Positions 8,649 through 18,103 of a stretch of DNA of 48,704 nucleotides are shown in pieces. Source of the DNA: a virus (Duplodnaviria > Caudoviricetes); IMG/VR virus record IMGVR_UViG_3300010382_000021, positions 1-48,704 of that record; one strand, given 5' to 3'. Made by a program: the position numbers and the translations under genes. Under the pieces are notes generated by a model. It did no database searches. It saw nothing but the letters and a program-made list of their open reading frames with translations, and had not been told where the DNA came from. Position 1 is the stretch's first letter. Each line of letters begins with the position of its first letter.

Positions 8649-9131
8649 ATGCCAAAGTTATATGAGTTAAGCAGCCAGTATAACCAAATATTTCAGGCCA
8701 TTACCGAAGAATCAGGCCTGGAGCAGCTGGAGGAAAAGCTGTCCGCAATAGAAGAAGAATTCGACATGAAGGCTGAGAACATAGCCAAGATTATAAAATC
8801 CCTTGACGGGGACATAAAGGCCTACAAAGAAGAAGCAGACAGATTGTCAGCCCGGAAGAAAACATTGGAGAATAATCAAGGCAGGCTTAAAGCATACCTT
8901 GAAGCCAATATGAGGGCCATGGGCAAAGAAAAGATTAAGGGTAATGTATTTGCCCTATCAATACAAAATAATCCGCCGCAGGTCATTGTAGACAACGAGA
9001 AGGCAATTCCCAGAAGATATAAATCATATGAGCTACATATAGCCAAGAAGGAGCTTTTGGAGGACCTGAAGTTGGGTGGTAAAATCAAGGGCGCACATTT
9101 GGAGGTTGGCACCTCTTTACGAATAAGGTAG
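8649..9131 (+). CDS. Siphovirus Gp157 family protein
   Basis: MPKLYEL...KAENIAK...EADRL..RKK..EN...NNPP...GAHL...SLRIR. Confidence 0.9.
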   Translation: MPKLYELSSQYNQIFQAITEESGLEQLEEKLSAIEEEFDMKAENIAKIIKSLDGDIKAYKEEADRLSARKKTLENNQGRLKAYLEANMRAMGKEKIKGNVFALSIQNNPPQVIVDNEKAIPRRYKSYELHIAKKELLEDLKLGGKIKGAHLEVGTSLRIR

Positions 9132-9143
9132 GCGGTGGAGTAA

Positions 9144-9857
9144 ATGGAAAATGTGAAAAAAGATATTCGCCTATTAAAGGCAAATGAAATTGATGTACGT
9201 GTACAGAGCGTAAAGAAAGGCAAGGGCAAAGTAGGCTGCATACTTCTTATATACAAGGACGCTAGAGTAGATCAAAACATTCTTGATGAAACATATGGTG
9301 TATTAGGCTGGCAGCGTGATCATAAAGAGCTGAAGGACAATATTTATTGCGGTATAGGCGTATATTGCCACGAACAGCAAGGATGGGTATGGAAATGGGA
9401 CTGTGGGGCCGAGAGCAATACGGAAAAGGAAAAGGGAGAAGCTTCAGACAGTTTCAAACGTGCCGGTTTTAATTGGGGTATAGGCAGAGAACTCTACACA
9501 TCACCATTTATCTGGGTGGACTTAAAAGAAGGGGAGTATTTTGAAAAGGATGGAAAAGTTTCATTAAGCCCCAAAGTGAAATTCAACGTAAAATCAATCG
9601 GCTATAACGAAGATCGGAAGATAAATGCCCTCGAGATAGTGGATAACCATAACATACACAGATACTCTCTAGGCAGGGATATAAAACCTGATGACGAGCC
9701 ACAGGAGCCCGCAGGAGATAAGAAAAACGATAAGCAGGGTAGCGAGTATAGTTGCGACAAATGTCACAAAGACATAACGGCGGCTGAAAAAGGCTATTCC
9801 ATGAAAGAATTTGGCATACCGCTTTGCAGAGCATGCCAGAAGTCAATACCAAAATGA
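9144..9857 (+). CDS. Sak/Rad52-like single-strand annealing recombinase
   Basis: YKDARVD..ILDE, KWDCG.ES..E.EKGEASDSFKRAGFNWGIGRELY. Confidence 0.85.
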   Translation: MENVKKDIRLLKANEIDVRVQSVKKGKGKVGCILLIYKDARVDQNILDETYGVLGWQRDHKELKDNIYCGIGVYCHEQQGWVWKWDCGAESNTEKEKGEASDSFKRAGFNWGIGRELYTSPFIWVDLKEGEYFEKDGKVSLSPKVKFNVKSIGYNEDRKINALEIVDNHNIHRYSLGRDIKPDDEPQEPAGDKKNDKQGSEYSCDKCHKDITAAEKGYSMKEFGIPLCRACQKSIPK

Positions 9858-10177
9858 TCTATCCAGCACCCAAGCCCAAGCCGCGCAAGCAGAGCAGGGC
9901 AAGGAATAATCCAAAACCCACTATAGATGATATATGTCGGTATGATGGTACGCCTTATGCTCAAACCCACGAAGTATATGAGGGCAACGGCAGGCGGCAA
10001 ATATCAATTAAATATCATATGCAAGTAAAAGTGTGTGATGAATGTCATAAGGATATACAACTTCATCCTTTGCAGGGTAAAGACCTGGAATTGAAGCAGG
10101 AGTTTCAAAGGAAATTTGAAGCAGAAGGACATAGTAGGGATGAATTTAGGAAGTTGTTTATATTTAGCTATTTATAG
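9854..10177 (+). CDS. HNH-like phage protein
   Basis: C...HEVY.G..RR..S...VCDECH...H. Confidence 0.65.
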   Translation: MIYPAPKPKPRKQSRARNNPKPTIDDICRYDGTPYAQTHEVYEGNGRRQISIKYHMQVKVCDECHKDIQLHPLQGKDLELKQEFQRKFEAEGHSRDEFRKLFIFSYL

Positions 10178-10189
10178 GAGGGGTAAGAG

Positions 10190-10738
10190 TTGAAAGCACA
10201 AGCAGATAACATAGAAATATCATACAACGAATCAGGTAAGCAGAAATTGACTCTTACCCTTACCTCTAAACAAGATATGAGCGATTTAAAAGCCCTATGC
10301 GCCAATAAAAAGCTGTTGGCGATAGAGATTAAGGAATGCAGACAAAAACGCAGCCTGGACGCGAATTCGTACGCATGGGTGCTAATTACAAAGATAGCCG
10401 ATGTGCTTCGGACAAACAAAGAAGAGTTGTATATAGAAATGCTTAAAAGGTATGGGCAGCGTGAAAAGCAGCTTATTTCCGTAATAGCGGAAGGTGCAGA
10501 AATAATATACAGAGCTACTAACAACCATTGCTGTGAGGTCGGAGAGAGTGAGTTGAACGGTAAGACATTCAAGCACTTAGCAATATTGATTGGCAGCAGC
10601 CGGTACGATACCAGGCAAATGAGTATTCTTATAGACGGTATAGTATCGGAGGCAAAAGAGCTTGATATTGAAACTATGACACCAGCTCAGTTGCAGGAAT
10701 TGAAAAGCAGTTGGAACAATGAAACCCGGAAGGGGTGA
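10190..10738 (+). CDS. NinB-like recombination-associated protein
   Basis: RSLDANSYAWVL...SSRYDTRQMSILIDGIV.EAKEL. Confidence 0.65.
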   Translation: MKAQADNIEISYNESGKQKLTLTLTSKQDMSDLKALCANKKLLAIEIKECRQKRSLDANSYAWVLITKIADVLRTNKEELYIEMLKRYGQREKQLISVIAEGAEIIYRATNNHCCEVGESELNGKTFKHLAILIGSSRYDTRQMSILIDGIVSEAKELDIETMTPAQLQELKSSWNNETRKG

Positions 10739-10742
10739 TAGA

Positions 10743-11531
10743 TTGGCAAGCCCACAAAAAGAAAATGGCTATACACCTATAGCAAATGAAATATTGGAGC
10801 AGATGGCCAAGATCAAGTTAAGCCCTACACAATACAGAATTATTTTTATGATATGGCGGTATACATACGGCTTCAATCGCAAGGAACATGATTTATCTTT
10901 AAGCTTTTTAAGCAACGCTACTGGATGTGAAAAAAGACAGTTGCAACGCGAATTAAAAGAACTTGTAAAAATGAATATTGTAAAGCAAAAAATAAAAAAT
11001 GGGATAGGTCGGAAGATAGGATTTAACAAGCATTACGATACGTGGGTTGTCAAAACTACCGTTGGTGGAACTACCATTGGTGAAATAGACATTGGTCAAA
11101 CTAGCGAAGCTACCATTGGTGAAACTGACAAGGGTACCATTGGTGAAATAGACAACCAAGAAAGAAATAATATAAATACAAATTTAAAGACAAATATATA
11201 TAGCGATTTTACATCTAACTCTGACCTTATTAATACACTAAAAGATTTTGAAGAAATGCGAAAAAAAATAAAGAAGCCAATGTCAGACAGAGCTAAAAGG
11301 ATGCTAATAAACGAACTTAATAAACTTGCTGATACTGATGAAAAGAAAATAGCAATATTGGAGCAATCAATATTCCATAGCTGGCAAGGGGTGTTTCCAC
11401 TAAAAGAGGATAAGCCACAGAATCAAGGGCAACAACAGAAGCCCACCTTTAACAATTTTAAAGGACGCAGTTATGATGCAAAGGCTATTGAGGAAGCATG
11501 GCTCAAAGCAAGTAAGGATAAAGATGGATAG
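10743..11531 (+). CDS. Phage replication initiator (lambda O-like N-terminus)
   Basis: ENGYTPIANEILE...IWRYTYGF; internal iterons; TTG start after AAGGGGTG. Confidence 0.88.
   Translation: MASPQKENGYTPIANEILEQMAKIKLSPTQYRIIFMIWRYTYGFNRKEHDLSLSFLSNATGCEKRQLQRELKELVKMNIVKQKIKNGIGRKIGFNKHYDTWVVKTTVGGTTIGEIDIGQTSEATIGETDKGTIGEIDNQERNNINTNLKTNIYSDFTSNSDLINTLKDFEEMRKKIKKPMSDRAKRMLINELNKLADTDEKKIAILEQSIFHSWQGVFPLKEDKPQNQGQQQKPTFNNFKGRSYDAKAIEEAWLKASKDKDG
11057..11158. repeat. Iterons of the putative replication origin
   Basis: TACCATTGGTGAAA x3 plus degenerate copies, followed by an AT-rich tract. Confidence 0.8.
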
Positions 11532-11663
11532 ATTCAGATTATAGGAGGTGCAATATGGAAGATATATTAACAGACTACAAAAAGCTCAGGAGTGAGGGCT
11601 TATGCAGAGATAAGGCAGTATAATCAAGCTGCTTACTAAGGCGAAGCAAGCGAAGTGAGGTAA

Positions 11664-12140
11664 GTGGATAGAGTGCTATTAAGCACCGGGAAGGATGATT
11701 GGGAAACGCCGCAATGGCTGTTCAATGAACTCAATAAGGAATTTCACTTTACTCTTGATCCGTGCGCCACCTCCGAGAATGCGAAATGTAGTAAATTCTA
11801 CACCAAGGAGCAAGATGGGCTAAAGCAGGATTGGGGGGGCGAAACGGTGTTTTGCAATCCTCCGTACTCCAAGAAAACAAAGGGAAATCCCGGTCAAGAA
11901 GCGTGGATAAGGAAATGTTACGAAGAAGGCCGGAGAACAACTGTTGTAATGTTAATACCCGCAAGAACTGACACAATAGCTTTCCATAGGTATATTTACG
12001 GGAAGGCTGATATACGATTTTTAAAAGGCAGGGTAAAGTTTGTTGGAGGTAAGAGCGCTGCACCATTTCCAAGCATGGTAGTTATATTTAGTGGTGCAGC
12101 GCAGGGTTTTGAACAAATAGATATGTTTGGAGTGAGGTAG
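11664..12140 (+). CDS. Phage N6-adenine methyltransferase (T1 Dam-like family)
   Basis: WETPQ..F, FTLDPCA, FCNPPY, LIPARTDT. Confidence 0.92.
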   Translation: MDRVLLSTGKDDWETPQWLFNELNKEFHFTLDPCATSENAKCSKFYTKEQDGLKQDWGGETVFCNPPYSKKTKGNPGQEAWIRKCYEEGRRTTVVMLIPARTDTIAFHRYIYGKADIRFLKGRVKFVGGKSAAPFPSMVVIFSGAAQGFEQIDMFGVR

Positions 12141-12965
12141 ATGGCAGTAAGCACAGTGCTCAAATATCCCGGTTCGAAATGGAGTATAGCAGATTGGATA
12201 ATATCAAACTTCCCTCCAGGTTATGAGAAAATGACATACCTTGAGCCTTATATGGGATCGCTGGCAGTATTTTTCAACAAGAACAGAAGTGCTATTGAGA
12301 CGGTCAATGACCTGGATGGCAATGTCGTGAACCTATTTAGAGTGATACGAGACAACCCGGAGGAGCTGGCCCGACTGATAAAATTCACTCCCTGGGCACG
12401 GGAGGAATATAAAAATAGCTATGAGTCAACGGATGAACCGATAGAGAATGCCAGAAGGTTCCTTGCTCGAATGTGGATGGCTATAGGTGCAAAGTCCAGC
12501 GATATCACAGGCTTCAGAAATGTTATTAAGGGTGTAAACGGAAATATTCCGCACTGGAACAACAGGCTTCCGGGCCGGATACTCGAAGCAGCGGAGAGAT
12601 TAAAGCATACAGATACCTGCGTTGTACAGATCGAGAATCAACCGGCATTACAGTTAATTGAGCGATATAACCGTGAAAATGTCCTGATATACATTGACCC
12701 TCCCTACCTCCTTCGCACCAGGAGCAAACGGATATATAAGCATGAAATGAACGATAACGACCATTTGGAATTATTGGGAGTCCTTAAAGAATCCAAAGCA
12801 AAGATAGTACTCTCGGGATACGAAAACGATATGTACAGCAGCATCCTAGGGGGTTGGCATAAGGAAAGTAAGAGTTGCCTGAAGGAAGCTGGGTTAAGTG
12901 CCACAGAGGTACTTTGGATGAACTACGAACCACAAGGGCAAATAAGCATATTTGAGAGGATGTGA
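12141..12965 (+). CDS. D12-class DNA adenine methylase
   Basis: KYPGSK, YLEPYMGS, ETVNDLDG, YIDPPY. Confidence 0.92.
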   Translation: MAVSTVLKYPGSKWSIADWIISNFPPGYEKMTYLEPYMGSLAVFFNKNRSAIETVNDLDGNVVNLFRVIRDNPEELARLIKFTPWAREEYKNSYESTDEPIENARRFLARMWMAIGAKSSDITGFRNVIKGVNGNIPHWNNRLPGRILEAAERLKHTDTCVVQIENQPALQLIERYNRENVLIYIDPPYLLRTRSKRIYKHEMNDNDHLELLGVLKESKAKIVLSGYENDMYSSILGGWHKESKSCLKEAGLSATEVLWMNYEPQGQISIFERM

Positions 12966-13231
12966 GGAGAATGAAAGGTGTTAACTATAAACATGCAAAT
13001 ACTGCTTTGTTAGGCGGAAGGCCTGACGTATACGACCTGCCGATATTGAGGTTTAAGTATTCGGATGGGCAGGAAGCTGTTGAAAGCTGCTGGCAAATGA
13101 CCTTCGTAGAGAGGATGCGAGCGCTGCTTACCGGTAAGATATACTTCCAATGCTGGGGAGTTACGCACCCGCCGATACTATTATCTACGGTGTCGGTCAT
13201 GAATGAGAAGGGGGCTGACAAAGGTGAATAA
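12962..13231 (+). CDS. Hypothetical protein
   Basis: Coupled ORF; SCW....ER...L.TG.I......HPP. Confidence 0.7.
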   Translation: MRRMKGVNYKHANTALLGGRPDVYDLPILRFKYSDGQEAVESCWQMTFVERMRALLTGKIYFQCWGVTHPPILLSTVSVMNEKGADKGE

Positions 13232-13991
13232 ACAAGGTAAAGGAAAGATAGAGTACCTGGACTATACTTGGAATCCTATAACCGGCTGTCTGCATAATTG
13301 CCCATACTGCTACGCTGAGAAGATAACAAAGCGTTTCGGCAGTAACTATATAAATGACGGGGCATTGCATTATCTTGGGGAGCCGATGTACAAAACCACA
13401 AGAGACGACGGCATGATGATTGATCCTTACCCCTTTGGATTTGCCCCCACCTTCCACAGATACCGCCTAGACGAGCCGCAGAAGGTCAAGAAGCCCTCTG
13501 TTATCGGTGTGGTGTATATGGGGGATTTATTTGGGGATTGGGTGCCGGACGAGTGGACAGAAGAAGTATTTGCGGCTTGCGAAGCTGCTCCATGGCACAC
13601 ATACGTGTTTCTGACGAAGAATCCGGAAAAGACCACGAAATCAATCGGAAAATGGATTACCAAAAAAGATACGTGGGGATGGATAAATGATAATTGGTGG
13701 TTTGGAACTACAGTGACCTGCCAAGAAGATATTGAAAGAATTGGAGAACTACATATAGACACTAACTGCTTTGTATCTTTTGAGCCGCTGTTAGGCCCCG
13801 TGAAATTAAAATATAGGATTGAATGGGCGATAATCGGATCTCAGACCGGTCCCGGAGCAAAGTCGCCGGCGGATAAATGGGTACAAAGTGTAATAGACCA
13901 ATGTAGGGCTGCGGGGGTGCCAGTATTTGTTAAGAGCCCATTATATAAACGGTTCCCAACCCAAGAGTGGCCGGAGGGGATGAGAAAATGA
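13224..13991 (+). CDS. DUF5131 (Gp37/Gp68) radical-SAM-like protein
   Basis: TWNPITGCLHNCPYCYA, MGDLF, LTKNP, SFEPLL, PVFVK. Confidence 0.9.
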   Translation: MNKQGKGKIEYLDYTWNPITGCLHNCPYCYAEKITKRFGSNYINDGALHYLGEPMYKTTRDDGMMIDPYPFGFAPTFHRYRLDEPQKVKKPSVIGVVYMGDLFGDWVPDEWTEEVFAACEAAPWHTYVFLTKNPEKTTKSIGKWITKKDTWGWINDNWWFGTTVTCQEDIERIGELHIDTNCFVSFEPLLGPVKLKYRIEWAIIGSQTGPGAKSPADKWVQSVIDQCRAAGVPVFVKSPLYKRFPTQEWPEGMRK

Positions 13992-14152
13992 GCTTGCTTG
14001 ATGAAATCCTGAAAACAAAGCCAGCCTGCGAGGATTGCATATACCTAATATGGCCTAGAAAAGACTTACCATTCTGCAAGGTAAAAGATAAGATTATCCT
14101 TCCGAGTTTTCCACCAACCAAATGCGATTTAAAGAAGGAGGCTGAGGACTAA
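13988..14152 (+). CDS. Small Cys-rich protein
   Basis: ATGA overlap; CEDC...C...C. Confidence 0.6.
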   Translation: MSLLDEILKTKPACEDCIYLIWPRKDLPFCKVKDKIILPSFPPTKCDLKKEAED

Positions 14153-14580
14153 TGATACTGAGCATGGAGGAAGTTAGAAAATTCAAGAATGGGAAAGAAC
14201 ACCCAGGAAAGTATATATATGATTTGTTTGATACCATAGAAGCCCAACAGCAAGAGATAGAGCAGTACATAGCTTGGAATGAAGCACATACAAAGGCTAG
14301 GGCAGAGCAGTGGGAGAAGATTAAGCAGCTCCTGGGGCATGTGGAGGGGCAGGTGGAGGCAATGAGGATAATATTGCAGGATATGGTTGATGTAGCTCGG
14401 GCATGCGCATGTAAAGACTATCATAACCCTGCTGATGTAGAGGCATTGCAACTATCGAGAGAAGCCTTAGATTGCGCATTGTTCTGGACAAGGAAGCATG
14501 AACATACCGCAAGCTCGGAGCAGATTGAAGAAGCCCTTGCTGCCATAGAAAAACAGATTGGAGGTCAGGAAGATGTATGA
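14152..14580 (+). CDS. Hypothetical protein
   Basis: Coupled ORF with SD. Confidence 0.65.
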   Translation: MILSMEEVRKFKNGKEHPGKYIYDLFDTIEAQQQEIEQYIAWNEAHTKARAEQWEKIKQLLGHVEGQVEAMRIILQDMVDVARACACKDYHNPADVEALQLSREALDCALFWTRKHEHTASSEQIEEALAAIEKQIGGQEDV

Positions 14581-15037
14581 GCGGTTAACGAAACGCAGCG
14601 AGTATGACCGAATCGGGAATGGACATGTAGCCCACATAAAATGCCATGCAACATGCAGGGCAGGCACGGATTGCACTGTATGCCAATTGGAATTAGAGTT
14701 GCTTGAAAGACTCGCCCTCTATGAGGACACGGAACACTCACCCGATGATTTGCAAATGATGATACGCTCATATAACGCAATGAAGGCAGAATTGACAGAA
14801 TATCGCGCAACAGGCTTATCCCCTGAGCAGGTACAGGAGCTTGCCAAGGCTAAGGCGGAGGGGCGGCTTGAGATAGTTGTTAAGTGTAAGGATTGCCGGC
14901 TAAAAGACACACAGCTTTGCAGGGCGTCCAAATCCATAAAGTACGATCTGCGCAAAGAAAAGCACACCTATAAGACATTTATGGAGGAAGATGGATTTTG
15001 CAGCATAGGGGAGGTGGGCAGGGATGGAAAAGACTAA
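14573..15037 (+). CDS. Hypothetical phage protein
   Basis: RLALYEDT, TGLSPEQV, AEGRL..VVKCKDC motifs. Confidence 0.7.
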   Translation: MYERLTKRSEYDRIGNGHVAHIKCHATCRAGTDCTVCQLELELLERLALYEDTEHSPDDLQMMIRSYNAMKAELTEYRATGLSPEQVQELAKAKAEGRLEIVVKCKDCRLKDTQLCRASKSIKYDLRKEKHTYKTFMEEDGFCSIGEVGRDGKD

Positions 15038-15272
15038 AGCCTACTGGTGGTGCCCTGAATGTAAGCAAGAATTGGACGGATGCCAGGTTACATACCAGGA
15101 GAAGTGCGAAAGTTGCGGCACTACTGTTGTATGGAGGCCGGAGGTAGTATCACCGGAGAGAATGGAGGAAATTTGCCAAGCAGAGGCGGAAGGGCGGCTT
15201 GTGGTATTGCCGTGTAAGGTGGATAACAGAAAGTTAGAGCAGATACTAAAGCTCTGCTCCAACGATGGCTAA
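15024..15272 (+). CDS. Phage protein, probably truncated by HNH insertion
   Basis: Ends just after EGRLVVLPCKV and overlaps the HNH stop. Confidence 0.6.
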   Translation: MEKTKAYWWCPECKQELDGCQVTYQEKCESCGTTVVWRPEVVSPERMEEICQAEAEGRLVVLPCKVDNRKLEQILKLCSNDG

Positions 15273-15863
15273 TTCAAATGGCTTTCCGTTGTATATGCGC
15301 TGACGAACCTTGGAATAATTGAGATCCAATCTTCTACACCATGCTGCAAGAGACTGCGTTTGCCCGTTATAAGTAATATCCAGGTTGTTGGATTTGTTGT
15401 TTGCTTGGACTCCCCATGTAACCCAGCGGCAATTTTCTGGGGAATACGGAAGTAGGGAATCCTTTCGGTCAATAGAAAGGCTCTCAGAATATCCATGGCT
15501 AAGGCTCCATGCATAAAAATTTTCAAAGCCATTATCACCAAGCCAGTCATCGGACATGGTAATACCTTTAGCACCGTAAAACTTATAGGATTTGGTTTTT
15601 GCGTTATAGCATCGCTTTTTCATATCGTGATAGATGCTATAAATACGGGAATGGTTTCCTTGTAAGGCTTGATTATGTTTAGTATAAAGACACCCACACG
15701 CTTTAGTGTTTCCGCTTTTTAATAAGTCTGCTCTTACGGAAACTGTATTCCCGCAATCACAATGGCAAACCCAGTACGGACGATTAGGTTTTGTTTGATC
15801 TAGTTCCAACACAGTTAATTTATTAAACTTTTGACCTACAAGGTTTTGGAAATTGTGCTTCAT
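15246..15863 (-). CDS. HNH-type homing endonuclease
   Basis: GQKFNKLTV, CHCDCG, ACGC, MKKRC, YGAKGI, SIDRKD...YSPENCRW...QANN. Confidence 0.88.
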   Translation of the reverse strand: MKHNFQNLVGQKFNKLTVLELDQTKPNRPYWVCHCDCGNTVSVRADLLKSGNTKACGCLYTKHNQALQGNHSRIYSIYHDMKKRCYNAKTKSYKFYGAKGITMSDDWLGDNGFENFYAWSLSHGYSESLSIDRKDSLLPYSPENCRWVTWGVQANNKSNNLDITYNGQTQSLAAWCRRLDLNYSKVRQRIYNGKPFELAIVGAEL

Positions 15864-15927
15864 ATAATCACCTCGTAATTATTTTACCACAATCCAACCT
15901 TGCAAGTCAACAAAAGGAGGAGATATT

Positions 15928-16002
15928 ATGTATTTCGGCAAAACCGTATTCCTTACCCGTGAAGCCGCAGAAAAAGGCGCTGGAGGGAGGCGGGCAGAAT
16001 GA
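15928..16002 (+). pseudogene. Detached C-terminal fragment (FGKTVFLTREAAE) of the 15024 gene
   Basis: This motif normally closes GRLVVLPCKV-type phage proteins; has its own AAGGAGG SD. Confidence 0.55.
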
Positions 16003-16352
16003 AAATTGAAGAATTAGACCAACATTGCGGGGACTGTGGCGTAACGGAGTATTGCGGAACCGCATACGGCTATTCCATATGTTGCGATGAAAGATTCGGT
16101 GACATAGAGGAAAGCGAATATAAAGAAATCGCCGAAGCAGCAACGGATATAAAAGAGTTTAACGAATGTTCCAGATGTGACCGTCCGGATTGCGGCATCT
16201 ACAGATATAGCGACGATAATTTTGCGGATAAAGGTTGCGAATACGTCGACGAAGCGCGGGATTATTATTGTGAGCAGATAGCGACCTATGTTGAAAAGCA
16301 TCAGAAGGGAGGCAACCAGGATGAAAAAAGCCGAAAGACTCCAGGTATATAA
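15999..16352 (+). CDS. Cys-rich hypothetical protein
   Basis: ORF with SD. Confidence 0.65.
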   Translation: MKIEELDQHCGDCGVTEYCGTAYGYSICCDERFGDIEESEYKEIAEAATDIKEFNECSRCDRPDCGIYRYSDDNFADKGCEYVDEARDYYCEQIATYVEKHQKGGNQDEKSRKTPGI

Positions 16353-16698
16353 CAAATATAATAGGCGCTGTGCTTACTGCGGTAAGGCTATTGCCTATAA
16401 GGATATGCAAGTTGACCATATAAGGCCGAAGATGAAATATATTGAACGGAACCTTGTATTCGAGATTGATGCTGACGCTCTCGAAAACCTCAACCCTTCC
16501 TGCGGGCGTTGCAACCATTACAAGCGGGCGCACTCCCTGGAACGGTTCAGGGAAATGATGAAAACCCTGCACGAAAGGCTTCGAAAGCTATATATATTCA
16601 AGGTTGCAGAGGATTACGGGATTGTCAAGGTGGAGCCCTGGGATGGAGTTTTCTACTTTGAAAAGGTTGATAAAAAAGAAAGCCCACAAAAGGGCTAA
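16321..16698 (+). CDS. HNH endonuclease
   Basis: CAYCG...MQVDHI.P...NLNPSC..CNHYK. Confidence 0.88.
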   Translation: MKKAERLQVYNKYNRRCAYCGKAIAYKDMQVDHIRPKMKYIERNLVFEIDADALENLNPSCGRCNHYKRAHSLERFREMMKTLHERLRKLYIFKVAEDYGIVKVEPWDGVFYFEKVDKKESPQKG

Positions 16699-16743
16699 AA
16701 GAAAAATATATTGGAATTCAATTATAGCATGGGAGGTCGACAA

Positions 16744-17256
16744 ATGAAACTATCACTTAACTCCCAACAAAAGGACAGCATAGTCCTCCTAGACACCTTC
16801 CAGTTCACACTTGAACAGGCGCTTGCCGAATGGGCACAGAGCAAGACCATGAGTACTTATAAGGATGCTCTGAAGGCCTTTAGAATGGCAAATACATGGA
16901 TGTCAAAAGGGCTTAGCCTGATAATAAAAAATGTGGACGCGAAAGAGGCGGCAGCATTGGACCGTAGGAAGGAAACCAACGAAATAGTGCTGATGCCCAA
17001 GGGCGATTTTGAGAGATTGAGGAAGCAGCAACCGGATCTGAAGTATTGGATGAACAAGGAGCAGGCCTTCTACTTGGCGGAGGGAGTTATCGAAGCTTTC
17101 TGCCGGAATTGCAAGCGGAAGCCTGGAGAGTGCGAAATTCGTGCCTTGATGCAGGCATGGGAGGTTCCGGGGATAGTTGGGCAGTATGAGGAATGCCAAT
17201 ATCGGGAAAAAGGGGGCGAAGGTTTTGGACGCAAGGGAGGCAGTAGAACAGTATAA
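16744..17256 (+). CDS. Hypothetical protein (DUF5651-like)
   Basis: GGAGG SD; C-terminal C..C.....C...C.Y. Confidence 0.65.
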   Translation: MKLSLNSQQKDSIVLLDTFQFTLEQALAEWAQSKTMSTYKDALKAFRMANTWMSKGLSLIIKNVDAKEAAALDRRKETNEIVLMPKGDFERLRKQQPDLKYWMNKEQAFYLAEGVIEAFCRNCKRKPGECEIRALMQAWEVPGIVGQYEECQYREKGGEGFGRKGGSRTV

Positions 17257-17259
17257 AGA

Positions 17260-17580
17260 ATGGTATCAGGAATTCTATGGTATAAAACCCACAGAGAGCT
17301 TATAGATACATTTTGTAAAATGAAAGGCATTGATATAGAGGAAGTGGCAAAGGTGGAAGAACAGGCAAAATACACAACAGTGTATGGGAACTCATGCGGC
17401 ACATTAGAAAATATTTCGACCGTGACAAGCCAAAACACTCCAATACCATATTCTGAAGAAAACTTTAGAGCATTAGAATCCAACTATAATAACCTCCTAG
17501 AGGAATACGAGAAGGCTTGTTCTGTCATTCAGGCATTGAAGGCAGAGAAAAGTTCGAAAGGTGGTGCGGAGATAATATGA
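17260..17580 (+). CDS. Hypothetical protein
   Basis: ORF in operon. Confidence 0.55.
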   Translation: MVSGILWYKTHRELIDTFCKMKGIDIEEVAKVEEQAKYTTVYGNSCGTLENISTVTSQNTPIPYSEENFRALESNYNNLLEEYEKACSVIQALKAEKSSKGGAEII

Positions 17581-17804
17581 GTAAAAGAAAAAAGTATTAT
17601 TTCAATGACGGACTTGACGGAATAGTAATTGCAAGGAGTCTAAGCCATGCAGTAAATACGCTTAGGCGTAATGGATATAACTCTTATACAAAGCACGAAT
17701 TAATGGAAAGCGTAAAAAGGGGCGATATTTTTAATTGCGATTTTACTGTAGAAATATTTAATGGTAATTACAAAAAGTCTCGAATGGTCGGTTGGTGTGA
17801 ATAA
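17577..17804 (+). CDS. Hypothetical protein
   Basis: ATGA overlap, GGAG SD. Confidence 0.6.
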   Translation: MSKRKKYYFNDGLDGIVIARSLSHAVNTLRRNGYNSYTKHELMESVKRGDIFNCDFTVEIFNGNYKKSRMVGWCE

Positions 17805-17848
17805 GAGGACACAATGCAACACAAAAAGCTGAAGAAAGGAGAATAACG

Positions 17849-18103
17849 ATACATGATTATATAACGGAGAGGGTCTTGGAAGAAGCGAAATATCTTATAC
17901 TCAACAAGACAACAGCCCGGGATGCGGCAAAAATATTCGGAGTCAGCAAAAGTACTGTACATAAAGATGTCGCTGAGAGACTTCCAAGAATAAACCCCTC
18001 AATTGCCTTGCAAATTCGCAAAATACTTGATTGTAATCTGGCAGATAGGCACAACAGGGGCGGCAGGGCAACACAGTTGAAATACGGGAGGGATATGCAG
18101 TGA
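17849..18103 (+). CDS. spoIIID: SpoIIID-like sporulation transcription regulator (probable ATA start)
   Basis: (I)HDYITERVLE...FGVSKSTVHKDVAERLPRINP...RHNRGG.AT.LKY; AAGGAG SD 7 nt before ATA. Confidence 0.92.
   Translation: MHDYITERVLEEAKYLILNKTTARDAAKIFGVSKSTVHKDVAERLPRINPSIALQIRKILDCNLADRHNRGGRATQLKYGRDMQ

Noticed and set aside
15246-15920. Group I intron around the HNH gene
   Set aside because: Flanks are too short for a ribozyme core and the ORF is antisense to the host gene
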